Source: Chiloscyllium plagiosum | Lineage: Eukaryota | Direction: 5' to 3' | DNA length: 64,000 nucleotides | Assembly: GCF_004010195.1 (NCBI RefSeq) | Contig: NC_057719.1 | Coordinates: 37,754,547 to 37,818,546, forward strand | Shown here: in pieces, positions 1 to 13,072 of the stretch | Layout: each line of letters opens with the position of its first letter | How positions within the stretch are numbered: position 1 is the stretch's first letter | Notes under the pieces: model-generated | Databases searched by the model: none | The model's input: the letters and a program-made list of their open reading frames with translations, nothing else | Told to the model about the DNA's origin: nothing | Position numbers and translations under genes: made by a program

Positions 1-199
1 AAGATACTCCTTTATGAAATTACTTAAAAGTATGTCAGGTTCCAAGTGTACTGATGATGCCCAGCCACTCTTGTGCCTCCAAATTTATAGATAATAGATA
101 AATGGCAGAAAATGTAACTTAGTGCTGTGTGTTGGTCTTCACAATGAATGACAATAGATGTCTCCCCTGAAATAATAAATATCTAAGGGTCTCATAAAT

Positions 200-985
200 G
201 TGGAACTCAAAGTAAATGCATATCAGTCAGAAGGTAGTGTTGGAGAAATTAATGGATTGATGTTGTTACATTTACATTGGAATATTGAAAGAGATAGCTG
301 ATGCATTGGTGATCTTCTTTCAAAAGTTCATTAATTCTTAAATATTGTCTGCATATTTCCAGGTTGCAGATGTAACCACTGATTAAGAAAGAGGGAGAGA
401 GAAAACAAAGAACTGTAGATCTATTAGCCTGAAGTCAGCAGAAGGGAAATTGCTAGAATATTATAAAGAATGTGATTACTGGATATTTAGAAAATAATGC
501 TAGATTGGACAGAGTCAACATGGATTTACAAAAGGAAAATCATGTTTTTCAGTCTGAGTGTTTTGAGAATCTTACTAGCAGAATCAATAAAGAGGAATGA
601 ATGGCTGTGGTGTATTTGGATTTTAAGAACACTTCTGGTAAAGTCTAACATAGGAAGTTAGTAAGCCAAATTAAAGCATTTGAGATTGCAGTTAACACAC
701 TGGGATGGTTTGAAGATTGAATAATATAAAGCAGAAAGTAGGGATAAATGGGTCATTATCAGGTTGGTAGACTGTGACCAGTGGGGCATTGCAAGGAGTC
801 ACAAATGATTTGGATATAGGAGTTGATTGTGTAATATTTCCAAGTTTACGATATATAAAATTTGATGAGATTGTGATTTGAGGGGGATGCTAAAGAGAAT
901 TAAAGGGGATTTTGACAAGCTGAATGGGTGGGCAAAAGCAATGACAGATGGAATATAAGGTAAGTGTGATGTTTTCCACTTTGGT
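200..985 (+). mobile_element. Old CR1-type LINE, RT region, 5' part (continues at about 4680)
   Basis: Degenerate CR1 RT motifs: cagagtcaacatggatttacaaaaggaaaatcatg; gtgtatttggatttt; tccaagtttacgat; ggcaaaagcaatgacagatggaatataag. Confidence 0.7.
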
Positions 986-1651
986 GATGGTCATTAGCAG
1001 TCACGTGTTAACAAATATGACTATTTACGTGGGAAATTCCGTATCACTGGTTATGGGTTTATGGGTCCTTCCACAGCTGATGAGCCTGATTGTAGGTGGT
1101 ATTAGTCCTTCGCCCTTGAGATTATTGGCATTCCTTCCACCGGTTCCTTTTCTATACTTCTTGCCACCAGGTGTTGTTGAAGAATTATGTCCCTTGTACA
1201 TGAGTTTTCTCCAAGTTGATTTCTTCTGAATGGGGATCTCCCATGTATTGATATCTATGTTGCATTTCTTGAAGGAAGCTACAGCAGGGTCTTTGAAATG
1301 CTTCCTTTATCCTCCTCTCATTCAAACCTTCCTTGAGCTGGGTGAAGAAGATTTGCTTTTGGTAGTTGGAACTTGGGCATCCTAAGTACATGGCTGGGCC
1401 AGAGGAATTAGTCACAGATGGCCGTGGCCCCAATGCTGGTACTGTTAGCTGCTTCAAAGCTGTTGATGTTAGTCTGCCTGTCTTCCCATCTGATGACCGT
1501 GTCTTCAGAATCCTTAAGGGGGAGGGTGTGCAGCCAGAAGTCGTGGTCTTCCCATCTGATGAGGAGAATCCAACTCAAACAATGTTGATGGTAATTCTCA
1601 AAGCTCTTGATGGCATCTAAACATCTATAAAGCACTGAAACTTACAGAGGA

Positions 1652-1980
1652 ATCACAGAATCCCCACAGTGTGTAAAGAGGCCATTTGGCCCATCAAGTT
1701 CGCACCAACCCTCTGAAGAGCATTCCACTCCCACCCTATCCCCATAACCCCACACTTCTTATGGCTATTCCACCTACCCTGCAATTCCTGCACACTATAT
1801 AGGGCATTTAGCATAGCCAGTCCACCTCATCTGTATGTCTTTGGACTATGAGAGGAAAGAGGAGCACCTGGAGGAAACCCATGCAAACTCCACACAGACA
1901 ATCTTCAAAGGCTGGAATCGAACCTGGGTTCCTGGTGCTGTGAGGCAGCAATGCTAACCGCTGAACCACTGTGCAGCCCC
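1652..1980 (-). mobile_element. HE1-type V-SINE (tRNA-derived)
   Basis: Reverse complement has a tRNA-like head with A/B boxes, a V-domain (ggtttcctccaggtgctcc) and a CR1-like tail. Confidence 0.85.
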
Positions 1981-2003
1981 AGAGTCAGAAGATGATTGCG
2001 TTA

Positions 2004-2323
2004 TTAGATTAGATTCTGTTAGATTCCCTACACGCCCTTCGGCCCAACAAGTCCACACCAACCCTCAGAAGAGTAACCCACCCAGACGCCTACCCTATAT
2101 TTACTCTTGACTAATGCAGCTAACACTATGGGCAATTTAGCATGGCCAGTTGACCTGACCACATTTTTGGATTGTGGGAAGAAACCAGAGCACCCAGACA
2201 AAACCCACGCAGACATGGGGAGAAAGTGCAAATTCCACACACACAGTCACTTGAGGTGAGAATCAAACCTGGGTCCCTGATGCTGTGAGGTAGCAATGCT
2301 AACCACTGAGCCACCGTGCCACC
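2004..2323 (-). mobile_element. HE1-type V-SINE
   Basis: Reverse complement: gggtggcacggtggctcagtggttagc head, V-domain, (aatct)n tail. Confidence 0.88.
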
Positions 2324-4679
2324 CTACACAAAGGTATCTTCATGGAAGACATGGTCGTCGAGGACTCTCATCCTTAGCTATCTAATGGTGGCACTTGCAG
2401 ATTGGATATGATATTGCATCTCTGCATCAATGTCAGCTTGAGATGTGGGGTAGCTTCCCAGGTAGAGAAATTGTTACAAGTTTAGGAGCATTTTTATATT
2501 GATCTTAATGGAGGGATGTACTGGAATTTGACCTGCGTTGGTTGGTTTAAGGTTTGAGTCTTCCTGAAATTGAGGCAGAGACCAATTCTTAAGTTTGCTT
2601 CTGCGAAGGTGGAAGATTCTGTTTGAAGATTCTGCTCCAAGAGAGCAGAGGTGACTTTGCCATCCGCATACTGAAGATTCACAAGTGGGGTTGGTGTAGT
2701 TTTCTTTGAGGTTGAAAAGTTTTCCATTTATTGTCTAGACAATGTCCACACCACTGCGAGGCTTGTTCTTGACCAGGTGAAGATGGAGGAAAGGGTAGGG
2801 GTGGTGAGACATCCCTGCTCAACACTAGCCTTGAACCTCAAAGGATTCTGTTGTCTAACCATTGGTGAGGACTGTTGCCGACATGGTCAAGGAGAAGATG
2901 GAGGATGTTGCTGAATTTCACTGGACAGCTAGTTTTTGATGTGGTCTTCCATAGCACTACTTGATTTACTGAATCAAAAGCCTTAGTCACATCAATGAAG
3001 TCCATGTAAAGTAGTTGTTGGTGTTCCTGGCATTTTTCTTGGAGTTGCTGAGGAGTGAAAAACATGATCATAGTCCCACAGTTTGGTCAGAACCAACTCT
3101 GGCTTACAGAAATGATTTCCTCTGGGATTGGGAGAAAGTATCTAGTGAGGATTCAAGTGATGATCTTCCTGGCAATGGAGAACAGGGAGATTCCTTTGTC
3201 ATTCCCACATTCCACTTTGTCTTCTTTCTTGAAGATGGTGGTGTTGGCACATCCTGAGTTTGTCAGAGATTTCTTCTTTGTGCCAGATTTTCAGGAACAG
3301 TTGGTCATGATGTGGTAAGCTCTGCTCCTCTAAATTTGAAAATCTTAGCTGAAATCCCCTCAATATAGATGCTTCAACGTCTACCATGCTAGGTGGGAAT
3401 CCAAGATCTTCATTTATGGGCAGTTGGGGGATTTCCTCAAATGAGTCCATATCAACGACTAAATTGTGGTTTAGAGGTTCTTTTGATGTGTTTTTTCCAT
3501 TGGAGGCTGATATTTTCTGTCAGTCAAAAGGGTGCCATCCTTACTCTGCACAAGTTTGAGGTCAAGGGTGTTAACTCCATATATTTCCTTGGTGGCACTG
3601 GAGAAACCCTGGGTGTCATGCTTGTCAGCAAGGAGTTGCAATTCCTTAGCTTTCTTCGTCCACCATTGGTTCTTGATTTCCCTAGTTTTTCTTTATTACT
3701 CTGCTTTTGCTGTTTGATGACTTTTCCTCTTTGCCTCAGTGCTGATATTGTTTTGCTCATGTTGAGTGCTCTCCCTCTCTTGTTGATGAGGTGTTGGATG
3801 ATGTAGTCATTCTCGTCAAACCAGTGTTGGTATTTCCTGGTTTTGTAGCCAATGATTTCTTCACAGCATGAAATGATAGTTGTCTTCAGATCTTTCCAGA
3901 TTTCTTCCACTCCATTAAAATGAACTTTCTAAACATTTTGGTGAAGACATTGTTGTAAGTTTGCTAATCTGCTTGGCTCTTGAACCTGCTCAGCATTAAT
4001 ATTTTTTCTGAACTGTTTCTTTGTCCTCATCTGCTTCTGGTGACATTTGATGGACATTGAGGAGCATATAAGCTGGTTGTGTGTTCCGTAATCATCTGCT
4101 TTGGTAATGAGCACATCCTTTAGATCTTGGGATTGCAAGGTGAGCGTAACAGATTCTGGAAAGGGCAGAAAGTAGTGAAGAAAACGTCTGTTCCTATTCC
4201 AAGAGTGACATGACTGAGTGAAACTCCTCCACCTGCCTGTCAGTCCAGAGCTGGAATTTCTAGATGTCTCAATCCTGTCCCCATCACTTCTCGCCATAGG
4301 ACTTGTGTTGTCTGGGGAAGTTGCATTCTGTTAGGTGGAGGGGACATTGTGTGGGACATCATTTAACAGGGGAATGCTGTAGCACATCAGATACACTGTC
4401 CTTGAGAGAAGTTAGATCCAATTCCAGTGGCAATAAACTTCAAAGACCGAGGATCTTCCTACAGCTGCAGCCTTCATCTACTGTCACAGCTGTTGATATT
4501 GAACAAGTGTATTCTGCCTGGATCTCCGTTGAGGACTTGTTTTAAATTTTGTTTTGTCTGGTTTCTCCCCTCCGACATTACCATCATGGGTGGCTCTGCC
4601 AGGACTTGAGAACTTATAACAGTACCACTTTTGAAATCAACATCACACTCGAGCATCTCCACCACAACAAGGTGACAAT

Positions 4680-5345
4680 CCACAGAAATGAAAATGCAGA
4701 GTATTTCCTAAATGGTAAGAGATTGGCAAGTGTTGATATCCAAAGGGACATGGGTCCCCTTCACTAATCACTGACTGCTAGAGTGCAGGTGCAGCAAACA
4801 ATTTGGAAAGTAACTTGTATGTTAGCCTTTATCCCAAGAGGTTTTGAGTAAAGGAGTAAAGAAATCTTCCTTTAATTGCATGAATCAACGAGAGAGTGTC
4901 TGCAACATCTGGTACCTTAAGGAAGAATTGCCAGAATACTTGTCATAGAGGGAGCAAAGTGAAGGTTCACCAAATTGATTCCCGGGATGATGGGACCCTC
5001 CTGTGAGGAGATGGAGTCTGTATTCCCTAGAGTTTAGAGGAATAAGAAAGTATCTCACAGAAACTGACAGAATTATTAAAGGTGTAGACATAGTAGACAC
5101 AGAACAGATGTTTCTCCTGCTAGTGGGATCTAGAACATGATCTTGAAACAAAAGGCAGGCTATTTAAGACTGAGATGAGAAGGTGGTGAATACTTGAAAT
5201 TCTCCACCCCAGAGGGATGTGGAAGCTCAATCATTTTAGTAAGTTCTGGCAGAAATTTATGGATTTCTTGATACTAAAGGCCTTAAAAAATACAAGGCCA
5301 AGAATAGGACTATGGTGTAGAAGTTGATTATCAGCCATAATCCAT
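4680..5345 (+). mobile_element. Old CR1-type LINE, 3' part (continuation of 200-985)
   Basis: gcagagtatttcctaaatggtaagagattgg ... aggttcaccaaattgattcccggg ... gactgagatgagaag ... tcagccat, typical of the CR1 3' region. Confidence 0.7.
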
Positions 5346-5449
5346 AAAAGTTAGGCAGACACTGATAAAACATTTAATTATCTTGGGGCAGTGACTTGAA
5401 ACAAATTCAGAATTTCCAACTTAATCAATCGAAACTTGCATGTCCTTTC

Positions 5450-5662
5450 TAACCGAGTTCTCCATTTTAGGTTTGTTCACTCCACTTACAGGAGTTGTAT
5501 GATCCTTTGATCTCTCTACCTATAAACTCTGTGTTGGTGAGCCCTCTTTCACTGACGAAGGTGCGTCACTCTGAAAACTTGTGATTTCAAATAAGTTTGG
5601 ACTATAACCTGATGTTGTGTGATTTTGACTTTGTTCACCCCAGTCCAACACTGGCACCTCCA
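5450..5662 (+). mobile_element. Penelope-like element 3' terminal fragment (third family) with a degenerate hammerhead-like core at 5552-5576
   Basis: cactgacgaaggtgcgtcactctgaaa followed by aataa...ggactataacctgatgttgtgtgattttgactttgt, a terminus I recognise from shark PLE-type repeats. Confidence 0.5.
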
Positions 5663-6519
5663 TCTGATAATAGAAAAGCAGGCCTGAGAGACGGAAAAAG
5701 GATTAGAGTAAGCCATTGTTCCTAATCAGAAGTCTAAACTTCATAGCCAAGTACAAGTGCCTGTGTGCAAACTCTACCTCCACAGGCATCCTATGTGCAT
5801 CATGGAGTTAAGTCCATACTTTGCTGCTCTGGGTCTCTGATGATTTAAACCTTCGTGTCTTAATTGCATTCTCATAAGGGTTTTGCCACATCAGTGTGAC
5901 ATATTTACAGCATTTCTAAGAGAGGATTGCATTTCAATGCAAAAATGTGAACCATATAAGGCTTTTCTGCTAACTAAGAGGTAATTTGAATCAGGCAAAC
6001 TATTTGTCCTGGAGACTTTTATACATTTAAGCTGTATTGAATTCCCCCAGAAGATAAAGAACAGTGTTGTAAACACTCTACTGCATTTACTACTTTGTTT
6101 ACATTGTCTTAGAAATGTTCAGCTTCTTTTAAAAATAATAGTATTGAAATTATTACTTAAACCAAACCAGAAAGTGTTCTTGCCTTTGGATACTTGGCCC
6201 TTTTTATTTTACACCTGAAGTAAATTTGTAAGTTTTTTAACTTCTGCATTTCATAGCATATAACTGACCAGACAATAAATGCTGTTGCACTGTTAAGAAG
6301 TTTTAAAAAAAAAAATTCATTATTTATTTTAAACCAGAAGTTTTATTTGGGTGGGTATTAAGTGGCAGAGAAATTGAAGAAAGATTGTGTGCTTTAAGTA
6401 CAATGGCTGCATGAACTTTGTTTGACTTTTTTGTTGTAATTATTTACATGCAGCTGTATTGTATTAGAAAGTTTAATGTGTTTGGTGTATTTACTTAAAC
6501 AAGATTTTGTTTTTTTTAG

Positions 6520-7631
6520 GCCAGAAACAAACTGAATGTCCTACCCTGAATGCTTGTGGGGCACAGACAATGTATGGACCAGCAGATGATCAAGTATTTG
6601 ACAAGCATACAGATGATGGAGTGTTAGTTTCTGAGAATAACATTAAACATTCCAGTTCTGTAGAGCAGTCTACTTCTGAGGAATTGTGCTATCCGGTATC
6701 TCAAGTAACATTATCCAGTACTCAACTCCCTATGTTGGAGCAACATAATGAAGTTCTAAATAATAGTATAGAGGGACAAGATGATTTTTTGGCAATGGAC
6801 ACAGATATTACAGCAGAGGAATTGGTTCAAGAACAGTTGTCTTATCAAAGTATTCCAGAGCAGCTGAATGATACTGAACTAACCTCCACAGTACAATCAG
6901 AGGATGAGATGACAAGTCAGAATTCACTTCTTTCAGACGTGGCTAAGGGCAACCAAAAAGGTTCTGAAGCAAGCAACTCTGTTCAGATTTTGCAGCATCA
7001 ACTGGGCAACCAGGATCCACTCGGCAATCCAGAACAGGCTGAGCACCTAAATGATTCTGATATAGCAGACCAGATGCAGCAGCTTGAAAAAGCATTGTCT
7101 CAGGATGTGGAGGTTTGCAGTTCTGAAAGTAATAATTTACAGCAGCACCAACCTGAACAGACTTTTGAAGCTGATATTTCTACTGAAGTAGATCTTGCTG
7201 GTCAGGTATCTCACGAAGAATTGAATGGGTTGCAAGTAGTGAATCACAATAAGATAATAGGTCACTTTGAACAGAATACTGATCAAAGCAATCAGGAAAA
7301 TTCCGAAGATATTTTAGCAAGCACAGTGACAGAAGACGGAGCATTAGAATTTCAATTACCTGTTGGAAGTCAGGAACTGTTGGCTCAGGGACATGAACAG
7401 ATATTCATTCAGACTTCAGAGGGCCTAATTGTATCACACGAAGGAACCGCTGTTGTGTCACAGACATCTGAAGGCATTGTTATAGTAACTAATGCTGATG
7501 GCACCACAATGCACATACGAACCCCTGATGGTGTTCCATTTGAAACTGTAGAAGCACTTCTTGCAATGGATTCAGAAGGACAAAGTGAAGGTCTGTTAGT
7601 TACACAAACGCCAACTGAAGTGGAACAGTAA
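6520..7631 (+). CDS. ZNF839: Terminal coding exon of zinc finger protein 839 (acidic/Gln-rich low-complexity region plus conserved C-terminal motif); upstream exons lie outside the window
   Basis: Open 374-codon frame entered through a polypyrimidine/AG acceptor (ttttgtttttttttag|G, exon starts 6520) and ending TAA at 7629-7631. The C-terminal ELLAQGHEQIFIQTSEGLIV resembles the ZNF839 motif as I recall it (ELLSQGQKQIFIQTSDGLI). Position next to CINP and TECPR2 matches the known ZNF839-CINP-TECPR2 synteny. Confidence 0.85.
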
Positions 7632-10222
7632 TTTGGTTGGTGTTGCCCCATCTCAGAAATAAATAACTACAAGAAACTTTGCTGTCCACTGAAATAAGAA
7701 AACACAAAAACAGAGCTGTAGTTTTTTTTTTGAAACAAAGTCTCAAGTTTCTTCCCGGTTGTTACATTGAACATTTATAGCATTTTATGTTGAACTTTAT
7801 TGTCCCACAAGCCAACAAGACTGGTACAAAAGTAGGTGTAAAGTTTCAAGAATGGTTTACCTTGAATGTGGCATTATGCTTGGCAAGATATCTGTAGGTG
7901 TGAATGAATCCGGGTATTTTTGTTGAAGTATCCTGGGAGATAGATGTAACTACGATGGACCAGAAAATGTGATGATGTTGCACTGAATTTGAATGTTTTT
8001 TCTTTGCATTTTTGACACCTTATTGATTATTGAAAATGACCATTTTGCCAATATAGTGTTTGTATTCATTCTATTACCAATTCTTGAAACTGCCATTAAA
8101 AGGTGAATTGTACTTCCATGAAAAAGTCCCATGATTTGCTTCACTAATTGAAATATCTTAATAATTAACTTTGTAATTCATCTTAAAGCAGGAAAATACA
8201 AAAATTAATCTGTCCTTAATGTGTTACAAACTATCAGCTGTAAACTGTACAACATTTCAGTTCATTTAAATTTATGGAAGGCCTGCAGGTTGCATGAAAG
8301 CACTTGGTAGTTTCTGATTTAAAGTAGTGAATTTAAACTGCCGTTTTCAAATACAAGCATGTTTTGTTCTTTCTTTATTGTTTTACTGATGTAGACATTG
8401 TGATCACTTAATCAGGTTAAGAACTTATGGCCAAAAGATTTGGAATTAACTACAAAGATTAGAGAGCACAGTGCTTTTAGTACCAGTATTAATTTAATTG
8501 GGTAATCTACAAATGTTCAATTTAAAAGGTAAAGAAAACCATTTGACACTGTAATGAAGTTGAAGCTTGGGTTTTGTATGTGAAATTTTTCAAAAATACT
8601 ATGATGCCAATGTATTTTTGGACTCTAAATGTTTTATTTTATGATCGGGTTCATGTATCTCTCTTTATTCTCAATTTAAGGTTTGGAGACAAATGTTTAT
8701 GAACTGAGTTTTTTCTTTAATAGTAAATTCCTCTAAGTATATTCCTTTTTTTTCCAAACTTCCCTTTACCACAAAGACATTATCCTTTGTATTGCAAAAT
8801 AATTGGCTGAAATGTCTAATTTTTAGTTTCCAGTCCTTTATCTGTAATTTTTATAAATAATTACAATTTTTGAGATGGAGCAGTTGCAGCCTGTAGTGCT
8901 TAGTTAATACTCAGATGTAAACTTTGTTAGAGAAAAGATGAAAGTCAGTCCTGTAATTTCTTGGCTACAGAATTGCAATTTTATTCAAAAGGTTTTCAAT
9001 AGTGCCCTGTACACCTTCCTTTTTTTGCCCCCCTTCAACTGATGAAAGTGATGCGTTTAATGTGAAACTTGGTGTCCTTCAGCATTGGTTTAAAAGGATG
9101 TGTAAATGGGAAAGCTGCATTACTAAGCTATGTACATATCAGCTCATTCATTACCTGTGCAGGTCGTTTGTCAAGTGTGTATTCAGACTGTGTTGTGCAT
9201 GTTGGTAGTTTCCGGTTTCTTCAATGTGCAACAAACCTTTATCAAAGTGCTGTAATTTGACTGTTGTAAATAATGAAAATATTTAAAGATTGATATGAAG
9301 ATAGTAGAAAATGGAATTTATTTTCGATTTTTAATATACAGATATTTTGTAATGTCTTGCTTACCAGTACATTGTAATCTTGACAGATAGCTTTGTTGCC
9401 TTAATTGGGGTGTTTAAACACCATTAGTAATATTCTTCAGCCAATTGGACAGGGATTGTTATCTGACAATTTCATGATGGATTTGGCGATCAATCATCTC
9501 TTGCTTAAAACAAATAACTTTTTAAAGAGTTATTTCAAAATGGAACTGCTCTCTGTCAAGGATCAGTTTTGTAACAAACCAAAGGTGGGTTTGTACAGTG
9601 TATTATGAACCATTGTTAAACTGTTATAAATATTTGCTGTAGAATTTAATGCAGAGCACTTGTGATTTTCTCACTACGTGGGTCTGGATATTTTGGAAAG
9701 CTGCTGTGCTGATTTAATAGGGTGAAAAACTTACAAGTTTATCATCAAGCTCCATTAACCATTCGCAATATATGGGACAGTTAAAAATACGCCACCACAA
9801 CAGCATTTTTTTGTTGCAGTTTTAGTATTTGTTTTTACATCGCTTGAGAATGCAAGACAAAATTATAACTTTAAATATCTTTCAGGACCATTGTTTAATA
9901 ATTTCAACAAAATTATTTTTTCAGCATAAGTATTTCAGAGTTTCTAAAAAGAATAAATATATTTTTTCTTTGCCTTTTGTCACAAATCATTGTCTTATTG
10001 GATTCTGCCCTACTTTAAAAGTACAAAATTTGATAATGGGTGAAATCTCTTTTGCTGATCACGTAATTTCTGTTTCAACCATTCTTATAAGTTTCTAATT
10101 TGAGCCTACTCACTTTCAGGTTAAAGTTCTATACATATCTAACTGTGCTAAGCCATTTAAAAACAATTGCATCCTTTTTAAAGTTGGAACAACATTTTGC
10201 AGAAATGCTTGCTCAGTACAAA

Positions 10223-10425
10223 TTACAAAGTCCTGTGCCCAGTTTCCAATAACATGCTTTCAATGAGAAGTCTTGCCTTTTCTTCTATATAAGGCTGGTA
10301 CAGCCAGGCAGATAGCTCCACCTTCATAAGATCATTGTTACTAGTGTGAGCAATCTCTTGAACAATTGCACGCTTCAGCTGCAGTTCTCGTTTGTACATC
10401 TCTGTTAACTGAACGGAGGCTTCAT
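10223..10425 (-). CDS. CINP: CINP coding exon 5 (last), cyclin-dependent kinase 2-interacting protein; spliced CDS 642 nt = 213 aa + stop
   Basis: gtttcag| acceptor. Translates (Y)EASVQLTEMYKRELQLKRAIVQEIAHTSNNDLMKVELSAWLYQPYIEEKARLLIESMLLETGHRTL*, matching the CINP C-terminus ESMLLETGHR. Confidence 0.95.
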
Positions 10426-11154
10426 CTGAAACACAAAGGTTACAAATGAGTAATCTGCTGCATCTTGTTTAAATCTAGAATAGTATATTTCCAATCTATG
10501 TACATTGTGATGTAGTAATGCTGAAACATGTCCCTCTTACAATAACTTTTGAACAATAGTTATCTAATCCTATCGTGATTCAGTTGTATAACAGCTGGAG
10601 GGAAGGAGAGCCCAACACCATGAAATAATCTACATTGGACATATGTAGGTGTGGTTATCAAAAGATAGTATTGGGTTACATTATAATTTTGATTTGTGTT
10701 CATCCTGCTCAGTGTCACTTGCTAAATATTGCGAATAGCTACTTCAAGTTACTAGAATGCAGTTATTCCTGTGGGACTGTAATGCAAGAAGAGTTATGTT
10801 TTTGAGCATAGATGTGGGAATATTTGAGTAATAAAGAGGAGAATTTGAAAGAGAAGGGAAAGAATTATTTGAAATGGTAATTTAAGTGTTGTGGTACAAC
10901 CTAAGCAGAAAGATTGTGGTACAACCTAAGCAGAAAGCATTAAATTATTCATTTAATAGAAGAACAATCTGATATTTTTAAATTCCCTTCAGGATATAGA
11001 TCACTTTAAAAACAGGATTAAATTACTCATTTCAATCATTAAATAAAAAATGTATTCATTCTTTTTTTAGGAATGCATACTATCCACCTAACGAATCAAC
11101 AATTTACTTACTTTCCAATTCTTGTACATGAACGGTAAGTTATAGGGAACCTTA

Positions 11155-12580
11155 CTTATCGTCATACAGCACTGAAACACATCCTTCGATCCAACTCATC
11201 CACGTCAACCAAGGCTCCCAAACTAAATTAGTTCCGTTTACCTACATTTGTCTCATTGTTCTAAATCTTTTCTATTCATGTACCTGTTCAAATGTCTTTT
11301 AAATATTGCAATTGTAGATGCCTCTACCACTTCCTTTGGTAGTTCATTACACATATGAACCACCCTCTGTGAAAAAGTTGCTCCTCAGGTCCCTTCAGAA
11401 TCTCTCCTCCTCTCACCTTAAACCTATACCTTCTAGTTTTGAACTTCCCAACTTTAGGGAAAAGACCTATGCTATTCAATTTATATCCTGTGTGATTTTA
11501 TAAACCTATAACCTCTCAATCTCCTATGCTCCAGTAAGAAAAAAGTGCCAGCTTGTCCAGTCTCACTGTATTACTTAAATCATCCAGTCCCAGTAACATC
11601 CTTGTATATCTTTTTCGCATCCGTTTCATTTGAATAATATTTTTCCTATTGCAGGGTGACCAGAATTGAACATCCCAATTCCTAAACTCAATGGGCTGAG
11701 CAATGAAGACATGCATGCCATATGCCACCTTTACCACTGTCAACCTGTAACACAGCTTTCAATGAACTATGTACCTGAACCTCTAGGTCTCTGTTCTACC
11801 ACACTGCCCAGAGCTGTATCATTACCTGTGTAAATCCTACCTTTGTTCGTCTTACCAAAATGCAACACCTTGCATTTATCTAAATTAAACTACCACTTCC
11901 ACTCCTTGGCCCATTGACTTAATTGATCATGATCCCTCTGCATTCTTTGATAACCTTCCTCACTAACTACTATACCACTAATTTTTGTGTCATCTGCAAA
12001 TTTACCAATAATGCTTCCTATATTCTCATACAAATTGTTTATATAAAATGACAAAAAGCAGTAGACTCGGCAGAATCCCTGCGGAACACTACTGGTCACC
12101 GGCCTCCAGTCTGAACATCAACCCTCACCACCACCCTGTCTCCCACCAATCCAATTGGCAAACTCTCCCTGAATTCTATGTGATCTAACTTAACTGACCA
12201 ATCTGTCATGCAGAACTTTATAAAAGGCCTTAATGTTCATGTAGACAACTTCTACTGCACTGCCCTCATTTTCTTGGTCACCTCCTCAAAAACACTCCAT
12301 TAAGTTTGAGTGTCATGATTTCCCATGCTCAAAGGCATGCTAACTATCCCTAATCAGTCTTTGCCTCTTCAATTGCATGTAAATCCTGTCTAATGTCAAA
12401 CTCTATTGTTCCCAGGCTTCTCTTTGCAGCCTTAAACAAAACATTAGCCACCCTCCGGTACCACTTCCATGGCAATAGATGTTACGTGTATTGCTGCTAG
12501 GAGGTCCTGCAATTTTTTTTCCCTAGCTTACCACAATGTCCTCGGATACACTCTATCAGATCCTGGAGATTTACCTACCC
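11155..12580 (-). mobile_element. CR1/HER1-type LINE, 5'-truncated, decayed
   Basis: ORF fragments TSSVPQG...KFADDTKISG and QFWSPCNRK; CR1 3' tail at about 11160. Confidence 0.85.
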
Positions 12581-13072
12581 TGCTATAGGAAGGATGTTGT
12601 AAAACTTGAAAGAGTTCAGAAATGGTTTACAAGAATGTTGCCATGGTTTGAGGGTTTGAGCTATCGGGAGATTAGATTCCCTACAGTATGCTGAATAGAC
12701 TGGGGCTATTTTCTCTGGAGTGGCTAAGGCATAGAGGTGACTTCTTGGAGGTTTATAAAATCATGAGGGGCATGGATAGGGTGACTAGACAGTCTTTTCC
12801 TTGGGGTGGAGGAGTCCAAAACTAGATGGCACAGGTTTAAGGTGAGTGGAGAAAGATGTGAAAGGGACCAAAGAGGCAATTTTTCAGAGGGTGGTGCATG
12901 TTTGGAATATGCTGCCAGAGATGCAGTGGAGGCTGGTATAATTACAACATTTAGAAGGCATCTGGATGCATATATGAATAGCAAGGGTTCAGAGGGATAT
13001 GGGCCAGAAGTTGGCAAATGGGACTAGATTAATTTAGGATATCTGGCCAGCACTGACAAGTTGGACTGAAGG
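12581..13072 (+). mobile_element. CR1/HER1-type LINE 3' end
   Basis: ESKTRWHRFKVSGERCERDQRG...GYGPEVGKWD and the 3' UTR. Confidence 0.85.

Larger units (their letters stand above)
986..4680 (-). mobile_element. Decayed RTE-clade LINE, interrupted by two SINEs
   Basis: Minus-strand fragments WFDENDYIIQHLI, QLQEKCQEHQQLLYMDFIDVTKAFDSVN, NLQYADG and QKQIFFTQLKEG are typical of RTE ORF; many stops and frameshifts. 5' boundary is uncertain. Confidence 0.7.

Noticed and set aside
6507..6519. TTG start of the 374-aa ORF as a single-exon gene
   Set aside because: The first codons are the polypyrimidine tract and AG of a splice acceptor; the frame is a terminal exon.
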